Shown here one piece after another: positions 41,368 to 50,863 of a stretch of 64,000 nucleotides of DNA. The number at the start of each line of letters is the position of its first letter. Within the stretch, counting starts at the first letter, position 1. A program made the translations under genes and the position numbers. Origin of the DNA: Cyanophyceae cyanobacterium. GTDB taxonomy: Bacteria > Cyanobacteriota > Cyanobacteriia > Cyanobacteriales > Laspinemataceae. Below the pieces are notes generated by a model. That model was not told the DNA's origin. It was given only the letters and a program-made list of their open reading frames with translations, and ran no database searches. The stretch spans positions 256,001-320,000 of the forward strand of contig JBBQFN010000004.1 in assembly GCA_038321985.1 (NCBI GenBank), given 5' to 3'.

Positions 41368-43740
41368 TCACCCTTGGATGAAATCGCCGGTCGTAATAAC
41401 CAGGTTGCGCGTCTTGGGATCAATGCCTTCAAGGAGAGCAATGACGACCGAGGTATCTTTCGCCAGCACGATTGTCGTGTCTGCGGGTGACTCTCCAATC
41501 GGTGCAGAAAGGAGTAACTCACTGACTTTTAGACCGCCACTGATAATGAACCTGTCCTGTCCATCCTCAAAATCCGTAATTGTGGTGGTAACTCCGGGGC
41601 GCAATACAAAGAAGTCCCTGCCTGCACCGCCTGTGTATAGCGCGACTTCGCCGGTATTGCCATCGAGGGTATCGCTACCTTCCCCCCCTATTATGGTATC
41701 GTTGCCGATGCCACCTACGAGGAAATCTGATCCGGCATCCCCGGTGATGACGTCATCTCCATCTCCACCGACAATGATATCTTCGCCATCGCCGCCATTG
41801 AGAGTGTCATTCCCGGCTTCGCCTAATATACTATCGTTTCCCGCACCGCCATTGAGGACATCGTTCCCGACACCCCCGAGGAGTGTATCTATACCGTCCC
41901 CGCCGTTGAGGGTATCATTTCCGGCTTCACCTAAAAGACTATCGTTATCCGCACCGCCATCGAGGAGATCATCCCCTTCTGCGGCCAAGAGGGTATCATT
42001 GCCTTCATCACCAAACAGGCTATCGTTGCCCCCCTCTCCAAATAAGATATCCTGGTCCTCACCCCCACGCATGAGGTCGTTGCCATCGCCGCCATAGAGG
42101 ATATCGTCGGTTTCGTTCCCCAGGATGGTATCGTTTCCGATTCCTCCGAGTAAACTATCGTTGTCTGCGCCTCCTTCTAGGAAGTCGTTGCCCTCATCAC
42201 CTAAGAGGGTATCATTGCCGACTTGGCCGAGGATGGTATCATTCCCAGCTTCTCCAATTAATAAGTCGTTTCCAATCTCGCCTAAGAGGGTATCGTTGCC
42301 TACTCCCCCAAAGAGGGTATCGTTTCCTAAATCCCCGGAGAGAAAATCATCGTCTGCTTCTCCAAATAGCAAATCCTCCCCTTTGCCGCCAAAGAGGGTA
42401 TCGTTACCGAGACCACCGCGCAGGGTATCGCGGCCCTGATTACTATTGATAAAATCATCCCCCTCTTGGCCGCTGAGTTGATCATTCCCTTCGCCGCCAT
42501 AGATGCTGTCATTGCCGGTACCTCCAACGATGGTATCGTTACCGAGGTCCCCGAAGAGGAGATCCTCGTCGCCGTCGCCAAAGATTTGATCATCATCTTG
42601 GCCGCCATAGGCGGTATCGGCACCGTCACCTCCAGCGATCGTATCGTTACCTTGATTGCCGAACAGGAGATCGTTTCCATCGTTACCAAAGACTGTATCG
42701 TTGCCTTCAGCGCCCAGGACCTGATCGTTGCCATCGCCCCCAAAGAGCTGATCGTTCCCTTTATCCCCGGACAGGAGGTCCTCCCCACTTTCACCATAGA
42801 GGGTATCGTCATCTTGGCCTCCGTAGAGGGTATCGTTGGCGCTACCGCCGTTGAGGATGTCATTGCCTAGGTTGCCAAAGAGAATGTCGTTACCGGCTTC
42901 GCCGATCACATTATCTTCACCGCCTCCGGCATAGACGAGATCATCGCCGTCACCCCCAGCGATGGTGTCGTTGTTGATACCGCCACCGATCAGGTCGTTA
43001 CCGTTCCCGCCTTCAAACAGATTGAACCCTGACTCACTCGTGAGGGTATCGTTGCCGTCATCTCCGGAGAGAAAATCGTTTCCGGACCCTGCATCCAGAA
43101 AATCCTCCCCTAGACCTCCGAAGAGAGTATCGTTCCCTTCTTCACCAAAGAGTTGATCGTTTCCTTCGTTCCCAAAGAGAATATCCTCCCCACCTCGGCC
43201 AAAGATTTGGTCGTTCCCGGCATTGCCAAAAATCGTGTCGTTGCCAATGGAGCCAAAGATGGTATCGTCCCCGACGCTACCTTGAAGGGCGTTGGGGAAA
43301 TTGAATCCCACGATATTACTGCCAGTAGCACGGGCGGCAACGACTAAACTCCAGTAATGGTTGGCATTAAAGGTGCCGGTATCGTTTTCTAGGAAGAAAT
43401 AGCCAACACCGATATTATCAACTCCGGGTTTGAGGAGGGTGTCTCGCTGTCCGGGATCGTTGAACCAGCTTTCGACAACTTGCTCTGGACTGGGAAGTGC
43501 AGTAGCGATATTCTCCTGAAAGTTATTAAAACGATATCCGACTGCTGCTAAACGACTGACTGTTGTGGAGCCATCAGACCCGGTGAGGCTGAAAAAATCA
43601 TTTTCCGCCATATCCTCGGCATGGATTTGGGCGGCTCGATTCAACTGAGAATCAAGGGCCACAGGGGGCAAATTGGCGAGGGCGCGTCGTTGATTGACCA
43701 GCGCTACAACCTGGTTGATAAATTCAGAGTTGGTTGTCAT
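41368..43740 (-). CDS. CAP (SCP/PR-1) domain protein with hemolysin-type Ca-binding (RTX) repeats
   Basis: LVNQRRA...AAQIHAEDMA...ENIA...W...IGVG CAP domain followed by dozens of GGxGxDxL nonamers. Confidence 0.92.
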   Translation of the reverse strand: MTTNSEFINQVVALVNQRRALANLPPVALDSQLNRAAQIHAEDMAENDFFSLTGSDGSTTVSRLAAVGYRFNNFQENIATALPSPEQVVESWFNDPGQRDTLLKPGVDNIGVGYFFLENDTGTFNANHYWSLVVAARATGSNIVGFNFPNALQGSVGDDTIFGSIGNDTIFGNAGNDQIFGRGGEDILFGNEGNDQLFGEEGNDTLFGGLGEDFLDAGSGNDFLSGDDGNDTLTSESGFNLFEGGNGNDLIGGGINNDTIAGGDGDDLVYAGGGEDNVIGEAGNDILFGNLGNDILNGGSANDTLYGGQDDDTLYGESGEDLLSGDKGNDQLFGGDGNDQVLGAEGNDTVFGNDGNDLLFGNQGNDTIAGGDGADTAYGGQDDDQIFGDGDEDLLFGDLGNDTIVGGTGNDSIYGGEGNDQLSGQEGDDFINSNQGRDTLRGGLGNDTLFGGKGEDLLFGEADDDFLSGDLGNDTLFGGVGNDTLLGEIGNDLLIGEAGNDTILGQVGNDTLLGDEGNDFLEGGADNDSLLGGIGNDTILGNETDDILYGGDGNDLMRGGEDQDILFGEGGNDSLFGDEGNDTLLAAEGDDLLDGGADNDSLLGEAGNDTLNGGDGIDTLLGGVGNDVLNGGAGNDSILGEAGNDTLNGGDGEDIIVGGDGDDVITGDAGSDFLVGGIGNDTIIGGEGSDTLDGNTGEVALYTGGAGRDFFVLRPGVTTTITDFEDGQDRFIISGGLKVSELLLSAPIGESPADTTIVLAKDTSVVIALLEGIDPKTRNLVITTGDFIQG

Positions 43741-43842
43741 TTCATTTTTCTCCTTTGGGCGTGCTTGCCTTATGATCCATCAAATCATAATGGCGCGTTT
43801 TCTATAGAAATGCCAAAGGAAAATAGCCGAGGCGACGCGGTT

Positions 43843-45489
43843 CTAAAACGAGCTACAAAGTAGGCACTCGGGGGGTACCTCCTGGAGCAAACGGGCTGTT
43901 GCTAGGGTTTCTAATTGGTCCAAGAGTCGGAAGTCAATGGGTACATTTGCCAAAATTTCATGTTTAAGATCCCCCCATTTTTTGCCCGATAGGGTTCGGT
44001 ATCGAACGAGGCAGTCGGGGATTTCTTTTGAGATTAACACGCGGGGGCAGTCAAGTTGTCCTAATAATCGGGCTTGGCGATAGTGGGGCGATCGCATGAG
44101 TGCACGATCTAGGCATTGAGCGATCGCCTCGGGTGACTCCGGGGCCTCATCTAGTAACAAGAGATAATGGGCGATAGGTTGGGTAACGGGTACTAGGCTT
44201 TTGAAAAAGGTGTTCTCTAGGGATAAGTCTTCGAGGACGGTTTTTACAAAGGCTTCGGATAATTTTTCTCCGACCAAATCGCTGGTGCTGCGATCGCGGC
44301 CCAGAAATTCTAAACAAGGGGTTTGATGATAAAAATGGCTGACTCGAACGCGATCGCCAATTCGATATCGATACAGCCCCCCTTTTTGAGAAATAATCAG
44401 TGTATATTCTTCCCCCAGTTTAATTTCATGAAGTTTATGAATTTGCTTTGTATCATCCTCAAATTCAAAAAATACTTCAGTGATCAGGGGAACAAATCCT
44501 TTGGCAGCAATTAAGGGAATAGTCATCGGCGCTTCAGTTGCCAGGAGTCCTTTCCCCTGGACCATGACTCCCGGAAATAATTTTCGCAGAAATTCGGCCT
44601 GTTCCCAAGAGTGACTGCTATCCCAACAAGAAATTAGTTTAAGTTTCGGCCAAATTTGGGTCCAGAGAATGGGCGATTTTTTCAAAAGTTTAATGCGATC
44701 GTCCGAAATTTTATTCCCTAGTTTCTCTAAAAGCGTCTGACGATTGCTTCCAATATAATCTAACAGCACTTTAAGGAAGCTCGGACTCCAAATAGAAATA
44801 ATTTCTAATTGGTCCTCTCGTAACAGTTCCAGACTTAACTGCTCTTTAAATTCATCTGGATCTTGCAGGCTTTTCAGTCGGGGGGGTGCGACTAAAACCA
44901 AGCTCAAAACTGCCCGTAGCCATCCATTTAAATACTCGGAGTCATCGGCAAGTCCGCTAGTTATCTCCGTGGGGGCTTCGGGGTCTTTCAGTTGAGGAGA
45001 AATGCAGAAATAAAATTTCCCAGTTTCAAATTTGGGTCCATTTTGAATTAAATCATATACCCAGATACAAAACATGGAGTTAAAGCTGGCCAGAAGAGAT
45101 TTAGTATAGGGAATCAATTTCGCTGGTCCCCGACTCCCAGAGGTTTTTTCGTAAAACAAAATCGGTTCAGGGGTGAGGGACTTTCCCGGCAATTCTGTAT
45201 TTTTATCGGGTTCTCCTATTTTTTCTTCGGATTCCAGATTGCTGGGTTTAATCCAGTCTTGAATCTCCTCATAATCTACCACGGGGATGCTATTCCAGAA
45301 TTCATCTAACGAAGAGTTTGGAGGTGGAGTGATGGAAAGAGATTTGCCATAATCACTGGCTAGAAAATTTCTATAAATTTCTCGTTGTAGAGAGGCCTGA
45401 GACCGTTGAGGTCTCTTTAGTAGGATGAAAAATTTATTGGCATAGATTCCGATTAAAAAAGCAAATAATTTAATAATAGAACGCATCAT
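43843..45489 (-). CDS. GH3 family acyl-acid amido synthetase-like adenylating enzyme
   Basis: EKTSGSRGPAKLIP, LLATEAP, GGLYRYRIGD, LVGEKL motifs. Confidence 0.88.
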   Translation of the reverse strand: MMRSIIKLFAFLIGIYANKFFILLKRPQRSQASLQREIYRNFLASDYGKSLSITPPPNSSLDEFWNSIPVVDYEEIQDWIKPSNLESEEKIGEPDKNTELPGKSLTPEPILFYEKTSGSRGPAKLIPYTKSLLASFNSMFCIWVYDLIQNGPKFETGKFYFCISPQLKDPEAPTEITSGLADDSEYLNGWLRAVLSLVLVAPPRLKSLQDPDEFKEQLSLELLREDQLEIISIWSPSFLKVLLDYIGSNRQTLLEKLGNKISDDRIKLLKKSPILWTQIWPKLKLISCWDSSHSWEQAEFLRKLFPGVMVQGKGLLATEAPMTIPLIAAKGFVPLITEVFFEFEDDTKQIHKLHEIKLGEEYTLIISQKGGLYRYRIGDRVRVSHFYHQTPCLEFLGRDRSTSDLVGEKLSEAFVKTVLEDLSLENTFFKSLVPVTQPIAHYLLLLDEAPESPEAIAQCLDRALMRSPHYRQARLLGQLDCPRVLISKEIPDCLVRYRTLSGKKWGDLKHEILANVPIDFRLLDQLETLATARLLQEVPPECLLCSSF

Positions 45490-45693
45490 GTTGATTGGAG
45501 TATCATCAAAGGGATAGTAAGCTAAAAAAGGAGAAAATCAAGCGTAAATTTGAGTTACGTCTGAGGGAAAGATGCCCCGATTTGCCAAAAGGCGACTGCC
45601 ATTTTTAGCAAAGATAAAGTTTTAAGGGGCAAATCTAGCATTGCCTAACTTTTCTTACAGCATGAGGCCGCTAAAATCCGCCTTTTTTGTAAT

Positions 45694-46317
45694 TTATTTG
45701 GGGTAATTAGGGTTAACTTTAGTATTGGGGTAAAGATGGGTTGCAATGGGAAGATAAGCACCATCGGCAACGGTTACTCCAGGACCTAGATGAGTCCCGG
45801 ATCCAAGAAACACATCATTGCCAATTTTTACGGATTTTATATACAGCATCAAATTGTTATGTTTTGGCTTAATAACATGACTATAAATTCCCACGCGATG
45901 ACCGACAATGGCGCGATCGCCAATTTCAATTAAGCTGCGATCAGCAATTTCTAAATTGGGTAACCAGTAAATCCCCCGCCCAATTTTTGCCCCCCACAAT
46001 CTCAACCACAGGGAAAATGCGCCAGGAATTAACCGCAATCCGGATTCGAGGGCAGGAAAGGTAATATAAATCGCCTGAATTTGATGGCTTCCCCACCAGG
46101 GAGAATAATCGGGACTTTTTAAGTAATAAATTCCTTCTTTCACCGGATAAAAATAGTCGTGGATTCGATAAATTAGCAGGGGAAACCCATAAATAACAAA
46201 TAACAAAACCAAAAGGGTTAACAATCCGGGAGAGAGGCAAAACCAGAAAAAAGATGCCACTATCAGTCCCATCACAATCGCTGGAAAAAAAGATAAAATG
46301 AAACTCAGAAAAGTCAT
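45694..46317 (-). CDS. Membrane-anchored hexapeptide-repeat (LbH) acyltransferase
   Basis: Two N-terminal TM helices; WLRLWGAKIG, IEIGDRAIVG, VKIGNDVFLG repeats. Confidence 0.82.
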   Translation of the reverse strand: MTFLSFILSFFPAIVMGLIVASFFWFCLSPGLLTLLVLLFVIYGFPLLIYRIHDYFYPVKEGIYYLKSPDYSPWWGSHQIQAIYITFPALESGLRLIPGAFSLWLRLWGAKIGRGIYWLPNLEIADRSLIEIGDRAIVGHRVGIYSHVIKPKHNNLMLYIKSVKIGNDVFLGSGTHLGPGVTVADGAYLPIATHLYPNTKVNPNYPK

Positions 46318-46359
46318 AAAGTTTTAGGTTGACACTCAAAATAGGCTTAAGAATCTAGG

Positions 46360-47085
46360 TTAAAACGGCCAAATTAACTTTTGAGTCAACGTTAAAATGC
46401 TAGGAATTCCCAGAGAATTAGGTGCAGTTTCACTGTTATAATAAGTGCCATGTAATCGGTCCCAGAGTTTTAAATTTGCCCCATAATTAACTCCAGCACA
46501 ATCCCTAGCATGATGCCATGCATGATCCATGGGCAAAATTAACCCCGGGGAGAGAAGGCGATACCAGATTGTTCCCGGTAAAGGTTCGATTTCGCTATGC
46601 CGCCATAAATCTAACATGGAGGTAAGACTAACTCCCAGGATATAAGCCGTTGGGTCCTGAAGAAGATAGATAAAAAGAGCATGAATCCATAGATAAATAA
46701 TAAAAAAACTGGTCCATAAGGTATTGCGAGAAGTACCCAAAACTTGCCGTTCGGTCATGGTATGGTGAACGAGGTGCAACTGCCAAAACCATCGACTATG
46801 GAGAAGGCGGTGATTCCAGTAATAGAGGTAATCCACCCCCACAAAACTCAGGCAAAAGGCGAGGATGGGATGTAAGTTCAGAATACCCTGATTGCCAGGT
46901 AGCCAATGTTGGTAAACTTGATAAATTAAAACAATTTGAAGGGCTGGAATTAAAATTCCTTGAAAACATAAGCCAATTCCATCTAAAATCCAGTCTTCCT
47001 GAGATTTAGCTTTTAAAGCAGCTAACTGATGAGTTCGGGTAACCGTCAGAACTACAAGCGTCACAAAAGTGATAAAAATTGCCAT
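46360..47085 (-). CDS. Sterol desaturase / fatty acid hydroxylase family protein
   Basis: His boxes HRLLH, HLVHH, HAWHH; NYG...WDRLHGT. Confidence 0.9.
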   Translation of the reverse strand: MAIFITFVTLVVLTVTRTHQLAALKAKSQEDWILDGIGLCFQGILIPALQIVLIYQVYQHWLPGNQGILNLHPILAFCLSFVGVDYLYYWNHRLLHSRWFWQLHLVHHTMTERQVLGTSRNTLWTSFFIIYLWIHALFIYLLQDPTAYILGVSLTSMLDLWRHSEIEPLPGTIWYRLLSPGLILPMDHAWHHARDCAGVNYGANLKLWDRLHGTYYNSETAPNSLGIPSILTLTQKLIWPF

Positions 47086-47115
47086 AACTTCCCTTATAAG
47101 CTGGATAAAAATATC

Positions 47116-48141
47116 TTAAACCCAAAAGCTAACCGTCACGGATTTATCAGGAAGCGATCGCGGGTCTTCTCCGGCAGCGATCGCCTTGCGAATGGACTCA
47201 ACAAATACATGAATTGTATCTGCTGGAGTATTAGCAAACTGAGTGCCGTATTTATCAATCACCTCTTGCTGAATGGCTAAAATTTCTACATCTTGCTTAA
47301 TAATATGTTGGGCAGTCCAGCGCACAAATGGACGAGCAATTTTATTCCAAATTCCATAGTTAAAGGTGACATCGGTATAAACTAAGGTCGAATCTTCTGC
47401 TTCTGGGATTGACTGACTGGTAATAAAAAACCGGCGGTTTTCTCCGAAGTTATATTCCACGCTGGTTACGTTGGGCATGGAAAAGCGATCGCTGTGGTAA
47501 ATTTCCCCACCTTGGGGGTTTAAAAACCGCGAATACCATCCCAAATTGGTCGTTTCATTGCGATAGGTGATAAACACCGATCCATCCCGTCTTTCTACAG
47601 TCATTTCTAACTGTTTTTGCTGCGGTTTGCGAAAAACACCAGGATGCACTGAGGCGGTGTGAGGAATATCAATAAAATTTTCCGTACAGTTAGTAACATT
47701 GTTCCGAAAACGGTTAATCACGCGCACCGTTTCCCATCCCGGTTTTCCATAGTAAGGCATCGGAAATGGGTCAAGATTGAGACTCGGATTCTCAGCTAAT
47801 CTGACATAAATATAGCCCTCTTTTTCTTGAGTTGCGTAAGAATAGGTCCTGCGAGAGGCGACTGCTTTAAACTGTTTTCCTTCCGCAGGAACTGCCACCA
47901 CTTGACCCGATTTATCGTAAACCCATCCATGATAGGGACAGTGCAGAGTCCCTTCGCAGACTTTCCCCCGAGAGAGACGACTATTGCGGTGCATACAGCG
48001 ATCGCGTAGGGCCACTACTTCGCCCATTTCATCCCGAAAAATTGCCAACCATTCCCCTAAAATTGTGCGAGATAGAACAGTTTTGGGTTTCAGTTGGTTA
48101 CTCAGGGCGACGACATACCAAAACGCTTCAAATCCCATCAT
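47116..48141 (-). CDS. Rieske non-heme iron oxygenase (3rd in cluster)
   Basis: CMH...CPYH Rieske ligands; ENFIDIPHTASVH mononuclear Fe motif; QD downstream. Confidence 0.92.
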   Translation of the reverse strand: MMGFEAFWYVVALSNQLKPKTVLSRTILGEWLAIFRDEMGEVVALRDRCMHRNSRLSRGKVCEGTLHCPYHGWVYDKSGQVVAVPAEGKQFKAVASRRTYSYATQEKEGYIYVRLAENPSLNLDPFPMPYYGKPGWETVRVINRFRNNVTNCTENFIDIPHTASVHPGVFRKPQQKQLEMTVERRDGSVFITYRNETTNLGWYSRFLNPQGGEIYHSDRFSMPNVTSVEYNFGENRRFFITSQSIPEAEDSTLVYTDVTFNYGIWNKIARPFVRWTAQHIIKQDVEILAIQQEVIDKYGTQFANTPADTIHVFVESIRKAIAAGEDPRSLPDKSVTVSFWV

Positions 48142-48431
48142 TATTCTTCTTTATAGGGGGTGATCGCGATATCGTTTGTCAAATCCACCTGACAAGCTAA
48201 CCGCACTTGCGTATTTGCCGGCGCTAACAGTTCTAAAACCTCTTGTTCCTCTGGGGTAGGAGGGGAAATTTCTCCCTCAATAAGGGAGATACAAGTGCCA
48301 CAAATTCCAGTTCGACATCCAAATAAAATCGGCGAGTTTTGCACAGTTAAGTGATTAGCAAGATTTTCATGGCGAGGTAAAGCAAGGGGAGGATAATTGG
48401 TGCTAGGAAATGTAACAATACAGGGTTTCAT
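48141..48431 (-). CDS. 2Fe-2S ferredoxin
   Basis: CRTGICGTC...RLACQ; stop codon overlaps the next start by 1 nt. Confidence 0.92.
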   Translation of the reverse strand: MKPCIVTFPSTNYPPLALPRHENLANHLTVQNSPILFGCRTGICGTCISLIEGEISPPTPEEQEVLELLAPANTQVRLACQVDLTNDIAITPYKEE

Positions 48432-48477
48432 CGCTATTACCTAACGGAGGTTATCTGAAATGAATTAAATCAGGCTT

Positions 48478-49536
48478 TCACTCAACTTCGTTTTTAACTC
48501 TGACTTTTGACCAGACGGAAGGTTTTAGACGTTCCACATATTTCATATATTCTAATAAGGGTCTATCAATGCTCAGTAAAGCATTAGGATTGTATCGAAT
48601 ATTATCATAAATTTTTCCATCTTCTCCTTTTAAAAATAAAAAAAGCATTTTTGTACAAATTAATAAAAATTGCGTCATCAATCCGCCAAAAATTCCGGGG
48701 CGGTGGGCAGCAACATAAATATTTTGAATCCGAATTTTTCCCGGTTCAATAGGAATATAAGCATAAATCATGTGTAAAGGAGGAATACGCTTGACATTCT
48801 TCATCGTTGTTAAGAGCCCTAGGCAAGCGTTTTGATATCGCATGGTATAAGCATAATTTTCCCCTAGAAATTTCCGCGCCATTCTTTCGCGCAGAGTGGT
48901 ATTAGGAAATTCTCCACTTAAAGTGAAATCCAGGAGGCTGCCGGATTCATTTTCTTGTAAAGTTAGCTTCATATTGATATTAATCTTATGCACAGTTTGA
49001 AGATGTTGGGCATCAATGCCATTCATCATACAAATGTGATGATGACAGGTGCGTTCAAAAGAGCGATCGCTAACGGCTATGATAGTTTTCCCCTTAAGTT
49101 CATCGAATTCTGCTACCCCTTCCGGTGCCGTTGCATCTGGATAAACCCAAATCATTCCATATTTTTCGTCGGTGGCATAAGATTGTAATCGGGCTTTTTC
49201 AGGAATCAGAGATTGACAGGGAATCTCCTGGCAAGTTCCTTCCCCGTCAAAAGCCCAATGATGAAAAAAACAGCGAATCATATTACCATCAACCTGCCCA
49301 ATTCCTAAATCAGTTCCGAGATGAGGGCAATAGGCATCTAAGGCACGGACTTTGCCATCTTTACCGCGAAAAATAACAATCCTTTGCCCGCACAATTCCA
49401 AAGACTTAGGTTTACCACCTGGGGAAAGTTCGGGGCTGGGACAAGCAAGATACCATCCTTTAGCCACTACATCCCAATTGTTAAAGATTTGCATCTCGAT
49501 CTGGGGTTGGGTGTTTTGATTTTGCCTAGAATTCAT
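48478..49536 (-). CDS. Rieske non-heme iron oxygenase (2nd in cluster)
   Basis: CPH...CFFH; NGIDAQHLQTVH; GED. Confidence 0.92.
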   Translation of the reverse strand: MNSRQNQNTQPQIEMQIFNNWDVVAKGWYLACPSPELSPGGKPKSLELCGQRIVIFRGKDGKVRALDAYCPHLGTDLGIGQVDGNMIRCFFHHWAFDGEGTCQEIPCQSLIPEKARLQSYATDEKYGMIWVYPDATAPEGVAEFDELKGKTIIAVSDRSFERTCHHHICMMNGIDAQHLQTVHKININMKLTLQENESGSLLDFTLSGEFPNTTLRERMARKFLGENYAYTMRYQNACLGLLTTMKNVKRIPPLHMIYAYIPIEPGKIRIQNIYVAAHRPGIFGGLMTQFLLICTKMLFLFLKGEDGKIYDNIRYNPNALLSIDRPLLEYMKYVERLKPSVWSKVRVKNEVE

Positions 49537-49565
49537 GTTATATTAATAGGGAAAATAGAGGGGAT

Positions 49566-50795
49566 TTAATGCAAAATGACTTCCATTGCGGGAGGGTTAG
49601 GACGGGTAAAAGGTGCTGCAAAAGCGCGAGAAAGGGCCTGTTTTTGAGTCTTTAGATAACGGGGAATAGAACTTGCTGCCATAATAGACATTTCCCGGTT
49701 GCTTTTCCAAGCATAGCCCACTTTTTCGAGGTAGACTTGATAAGAGGCAGTCGCCTCTTGATGGGTTTGATAGCTGCGATGCAGTCCTGCGGTTTCTTGG
49801 GTAAAGCAATCATGCATCATCTGTTTGGCATCGCCATCACTCATAGAAAATACGGGCGATCGCAGCAGTTGATAAATAGCGGAATAAAGGGCTGGATCGT
49901 ACCAAAATATCCCGTTAATCGCCACGGAAAAATGAGCATGATCTTTCTGACATCCTCGCAAACCCAAGTTGGCGACAAAGGTCTCGAATTGGGTCGGCTT
50001 CTTCAAACAATTTACCACTTCATGGGACAAGAGGGTAGAACTATTAAAATGAAAACTCTCATCTAAAAAATGATAATAAGAAATTTTAGAGGGAATGGGA
50101 GCATTTTCTTGATCTGGATGGTTTTGATAATATTGGCTGAGTTTATGCTGAACCAATTTTCCGTTTAACGTTCGGATTCCCCGGACGGTAAAATATTGAC
50201 AAGCTAAAAAAGTATTCCCGGAAGAAAGCATCCCAAAGCATCGCAGTTGTAATTCTTTCCACCAAGATTTAAGGGCGTTGGTATCGGCATAAACCATGGT
50301 TTCATTATAAGGTCCTCGCATCGGGTAGGTAAAGAGGCGCTTGCCAAACAATGCCGCTTCTACCTGTTCTGAAATGGTTTTAAATGCATTAATATGCCCC
50401 CGTTCTTGGGCCGATTCTAAGTCAAGCATATCACAGACTAACCGGAAGTCTTCCTGAGCATAAAGTCCGGCGGCGCTGGTTTGATTAAACAGGATAGTGG
50501 CAATTTCTGCGGAGATGATTTGGGAGTAATAGGCTACCCAGTATAAGTGATTAAGAATTAGGCGTTGACTAGGGGTGGATTGGTCCCATAAAGGAGTGCC
50601 GTAGAGGAGGGAAAATTCTTCGGGGTTCCAGTATTCATTCTGACAATCCGTATAGTAGAAAGCGCTGGCTGCTTGGTCGATCGCTTCGGTTTGATCCTGT
50701 TGTTTGTTGCGGTGGTAATTAAGTTTGAGTTTTCGGTAGATTTTTTCGTGTTCTAGGAGGCTGTTAGGTTTGGGTTCGTTGAAAATGTTGTTCAT
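49566..50795 (-). CDS. CylC/AurF-like dimetal-carboxylate enzyme (probable halogenase)
   Basis: SAEIAT, QERGH and HFLDESFH metal ligands; N-terminal NSLL...YHRN..QD.T..ID...EYW..E.S..YGTPL...LNHLYW pattern that I recall from CylC-family proteins. Confidence 0.75.
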   Translation of the reverse strand: MNNIFNEPKPNSLLEHEKIYRKLKLNYHRNKQQDQTEAIDQAASAFYYTDCQNEYWNPEEFSLLYGTPLWDQSTPSQRLILNHLYWVAYYSQIISAEIATILFNQTSAAGLYAQEDFRLVCDMLDLESAQERGHINAFKTISEQVEAALFGKRLFTYPMRGPYNETMVYADTNALKSWWKELQLRCFGMLSSGNTFLACQYFTVRGIRTLNGKLVQHKLSQYYQNHPDQENAPIPSKISYYHFLDESFHFNSSTLLSHEVVNCLKKPTQFETFVANLGLRGCQKDHAHFSVAINGIFWYDPALYSAIYQLLRSPVFSMSDGDAKQMMHDCFTQETAGLHRSYQTHQEATASYQVYLEKVGYAWKSNREMSIMAASSIPRYLKTQKQALSRAFAAPFTRPNPPAMEVILH

Positions 50796-50863
50796 AATGA
50801 GGATGAATGAGGGATAGGGGATAACCACACGAAGTCATTAATACCAAATAAAGATAATTTTTA

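Noticed and set aside
41324..42870. Long Ser/Pro-rich + strand ORFs (257, 104, 134 aa)
   Set aside because: Antisense shadows of the Gly/Asp-rich RTX repeats.
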